Assembly (NCBI GenBank): GCA_031551405.1
Contig: JAVBNQ010000010.1
Coordinates: 1 to 64,000 of the forward strand
DNA from: a bacterium
Lineage (GTDB): Bacteria; RUG730
DNA: 64,000 nucleotides
Direction: 5' to 3'
Under the pieces are notes generated by a model. It searched no databases, was not told the DNA's origin, and worked only from the letters and a program-made list of their open reading frames with translations. The position numbers and the translations under genes were made by a program. Positions 61,832 to 64,000 of this stretch are shown piece after piece (the first letter of the stretch is position 1; each line of letters opens with the position of its first letter).

Positions 61832-63100
61832 TTAATTTTTGAAAACACAGGCTCCCGAAGGAACGTTTTTATCAAAAAATCTAAAATCCTCAACACTATC
61901 AAAAATCAAACAATTTTTCCCGATATTAACGCCCTTTGGAATTTTAGATTTTTTACCTATTACCGTAATACCGAAATTATAATCGAAAGGGTATTTTTCA
62001 TTCGCAATATTTTCGCCAACTCCTATCTTACAATTTTCCCCTATCATCACGTCTTTGTCAAAAACAGAATTTTCAATATACGAATTTTTTGCAATAAAAG
62101 AATCGTGCATTATAATGCTATTTTTTATGAAAGCGCCTTTCTCGACCTTTACTCCCGGGAATAAAATGCTGCCAATTACTTCCCCTTGGATTTCGCAGCC
62201 TTTGTTAATGAGAGAATTGCTCACATTTCCATTTTGCATCATAAACGCCGGTTTTTTGTAACATTTATCGCGATCATCGATATTCGTACGAATTCCCCAT
62301 TTTTCCGGATTTATTTCAAATTTATTCAGCATTTTTAGGTTTGCTTCCCAGTATTCTCGCATATTACCGATATAAAACCAAGGCTCTTGATTTAAATAAA
62401 GATAAACATTTTTTTCTTTTATCAATTTTGGCAAAATATCCCGAGAAAAACTATGTCTTGAATTTTTGAGTTTTGAGTCTTTTTTTATAATATTTAGCAA
62501 AATATCTTTTTTAAAAATCGCGATGCTTAAATAAACCAAATTTGACTTAGGTTTTTCCGGTTTTTCCTCGTACCCAGTCACCTTACAATTTTCTTCGACT
62601 TCGATGATTCCAAACCTAGATAAGTTCTTGTAATCCACATATTTTCCAACAATAGTCACATCAGCATTTTTTGCCAAATGATACTTGTAAAGCTCGTTAA
62701 AATCGAATTTGTACACATCTTCGCCGGACAAAAATAAAATATCCTCATGTTTGCCTGATTCAATAAAATCAATATTTTGAAAAAGCGCGTCAGCAGTTCC
62801 CTTATAAAAACTAAATTTCTTGTCGCCAGTATAAGGCGGCAAAACTGTCAACCCACGACTACGCCCAACCAAATCCCAGGGTTTTCCGAAATTAAGATGT
62901 TCGATTAATGAAGCAGGCCTATATTGCGTCACAACTCCGACTCGCTGGATCCCAGAATTCGCAAGATTTGAGAGAGAAAAATCTATGAGCCTGTAATTTC
63001 CGCCAAAAGGAATCGCGGCATTGGTCCGTTTTTCTTCCAAAATCGTAAGCGTGCTCGTCTTCGAGCCTGCAAACACAAGAGCTAAAACGTCTTTTATCAT
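61832..63100 (-). CDS. Glucose-1-phosphate adenylyltransferase family protein (GlgC/GlgD-like)
   Basis: PFGGNYRLIDFSLSN, TQY...SL, YKGTADA, EEKP, C-terminal left-handed beta helix. Confidence 0.85.
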   Translation of the reverse strand: MIKDVLALVFAGSKTSTLTILEEKRTNAAIPFGGNYRLIDFSLSNLANSGIQRVGVVTQYRPASLIEHLNFGKPWDLVGRSRGLTVLPPYTGDKKFSFYKGTADALFQNIDFIESGKHEDILFLSGEDVYKFDFNELYKYHLAKNADVTIVGKYVDYKNLSRFGIIEVEENCKVTGYEEKPEKPKSNLVYLSIAIFKKDILLNIIKKDSKLKNSRHSFSRDILPKLIKEKNVYLYLNQEPWFYIGNMREYWEANLKMLNKFEINPEKWGIRTNIDDRDKCYKKPAFMMQNGNVSNSLINKGCEIQGEVIGSILFPGVKVEKGAFIKNSIIMHDSFIAKNSYIENSVFDKDVMIGENCKIGVGENIANEKYPFDYNFGITVIGKKSKIPKGVNIGKNCLIFDSVEDFRFFDKNVPSGACVFKN

Positions 63101-63280
63101 TTTCCCCTCATAAAAACGAAATATTTATCCAATTCATAACGGCGATTTTAATATATTTTTTCAAAATCATCTAGAAAAATTTTCAAAAATTAATGCAAAA
63201 CAAAAAGTTCAGAAAACTTTTAGACATTTCCAAAGATTTTTTATATATTAAGAAAATATTTTTCGAAAAATGGAGGAAAA

Positions 63281-63982
63281 ATGAACAAAAATTTTGCAAT
63301 TATAATTGCTTCTGGTTTTATTGTCTCGTCGTTAATCCTTGGGTCTTTTTACTACAAAAAACAAAATGAAGGCGGAATTAGAGTCGTTGGAATGGCGACA
63401 GAACGAGTACTGTCAGATAGAATAAAGTGGACTTTAACGCTTGGGAAAAAAATTTCGCTTACTTCCAGCGAACAACAATTTGTTGACAGCCAACAAAAAT
63501 ATCTACAGCTAAAAAATTTTATGCTTTCAAAAGGCATCAAAGAATCTGAGCTTATTCTCAAGCCAATTTCATCATATCCAAGTTACGGCAAAGACGGAAT
63601 CGATGGATATATGGTCGAACAAACTCTTATCGTAATTTCAGATAAAATCGATTTAATTGAGAGCTTAGCCTTCGATATGACGCCAATTTACAAACAAGGC
63701 CTCATTGTACAATCCTCGGCAATCTCATATTCTATCGAAGATTTAAGCAAGATAAAACAAAATTTATTAGAAAAAGCGACAAAAGATGCTTTAAAACGCG
63801 CCGAAGCAATCGCGACCAGCACAAATTTAAAAGTTGGCAAGATCATCGAGGCAAACACAGGCGTTTTCCAGATCAACGAGCCATACTCAATGGATGTTGC
63901 AAGCTACGGAGTTTACAATACATCAGTAAAACAAAAGGACATTTCAGTCACAGTGAGGGCAGCTTTTAAAATAGAAAAATAA
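63281..63982 (+). CDS. SIMPL (DUF541) domain protein
   Basis: N-terminal TM, IRVVG.A, ATKDA..RAE.IA, GVFQI, K.I.VTV...F. Confidence 0.85.
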   Translation: MNKNFAIIIASGFIVSSLILGSFYYKKQNEGGIRVVGMATERVLSDRIKWTLTLGKKISLTSSEQQFVDSQQKYLQLKNFMLSKGIKESELILKPISSYPSYGKDGIDGYMVEQTLIVISDKIDLIESLAFDMTPIYKQGLIVQSSAISYSIEDLSKIKQNLLEKATKDALKRAEAIATSTNLKVGKIIEANTGVFQINEPYSMDVASYGVYNTSVKQKDISVTVRAAFKIEK

Positions 63983-64000
63983 AAATGGATAAATTATGGA

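Overview
AT-rich bacterial chromosome segment, almost entirely minus-strand from 1 to 54.4 kb. The organism is a diderm LPS producer (kdsA, kdsC, waaF-like) and probably anaerobic (four-subunit 2-oxoacid:ferredoxin oxidoreductase, Re-citrate-synthase-like enzyme). A Pmp-repeat surface protein suggests host association; an Elusimicrobiota-like lineage is plausible but is inference only. The housekeeping backbone is gyrA/gyrB/dciA, alaS, kdsAC, rodA, argS, rsfS, cdaA, phoU-pstBACS, batABC, lysC/thrB, mraY, argF, hisAFI, trpB, aspC, rpmA/rplU, yggS, murF, waaF and a glgC/D-family gene, with tRNA-Thr(GGT) and tRNA-Val(GAC). Items found by reading the DNA directly: (1) a Pmp-type repeat protein of at least 822 codons that runs off the left edge and is missing from the ORF track; (2) a two-gene glycosylation cassette splitting gyrB from gyrA; (3) a 30-bp-period array of palindromes with DnaA-box-like arms upstream of dciA-gyrB; (4) CdaA ending in a CdaR-like membrane anchor; (5) a porin gene in the pst operon, behind a Pho-box-like promoter, broken by an in-frame TGA and a 14-bp duplication; (6) a ~5.5 kb island at the tRNA-Thr 3' end with an internally deleted IS3, a consensus promoter carrying two palindromic operators, a TetR and mostly signal-peptide-bearing catabolic proteins; (7) a stand-alone trpB whose leader has a Trp-Trp pair in the -1 frame behind a slippery heptamer; (8) an EndoQ-like nuclease fused to a UvrD helicase. 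All family assignments come from motif recognition; no database searches were run.
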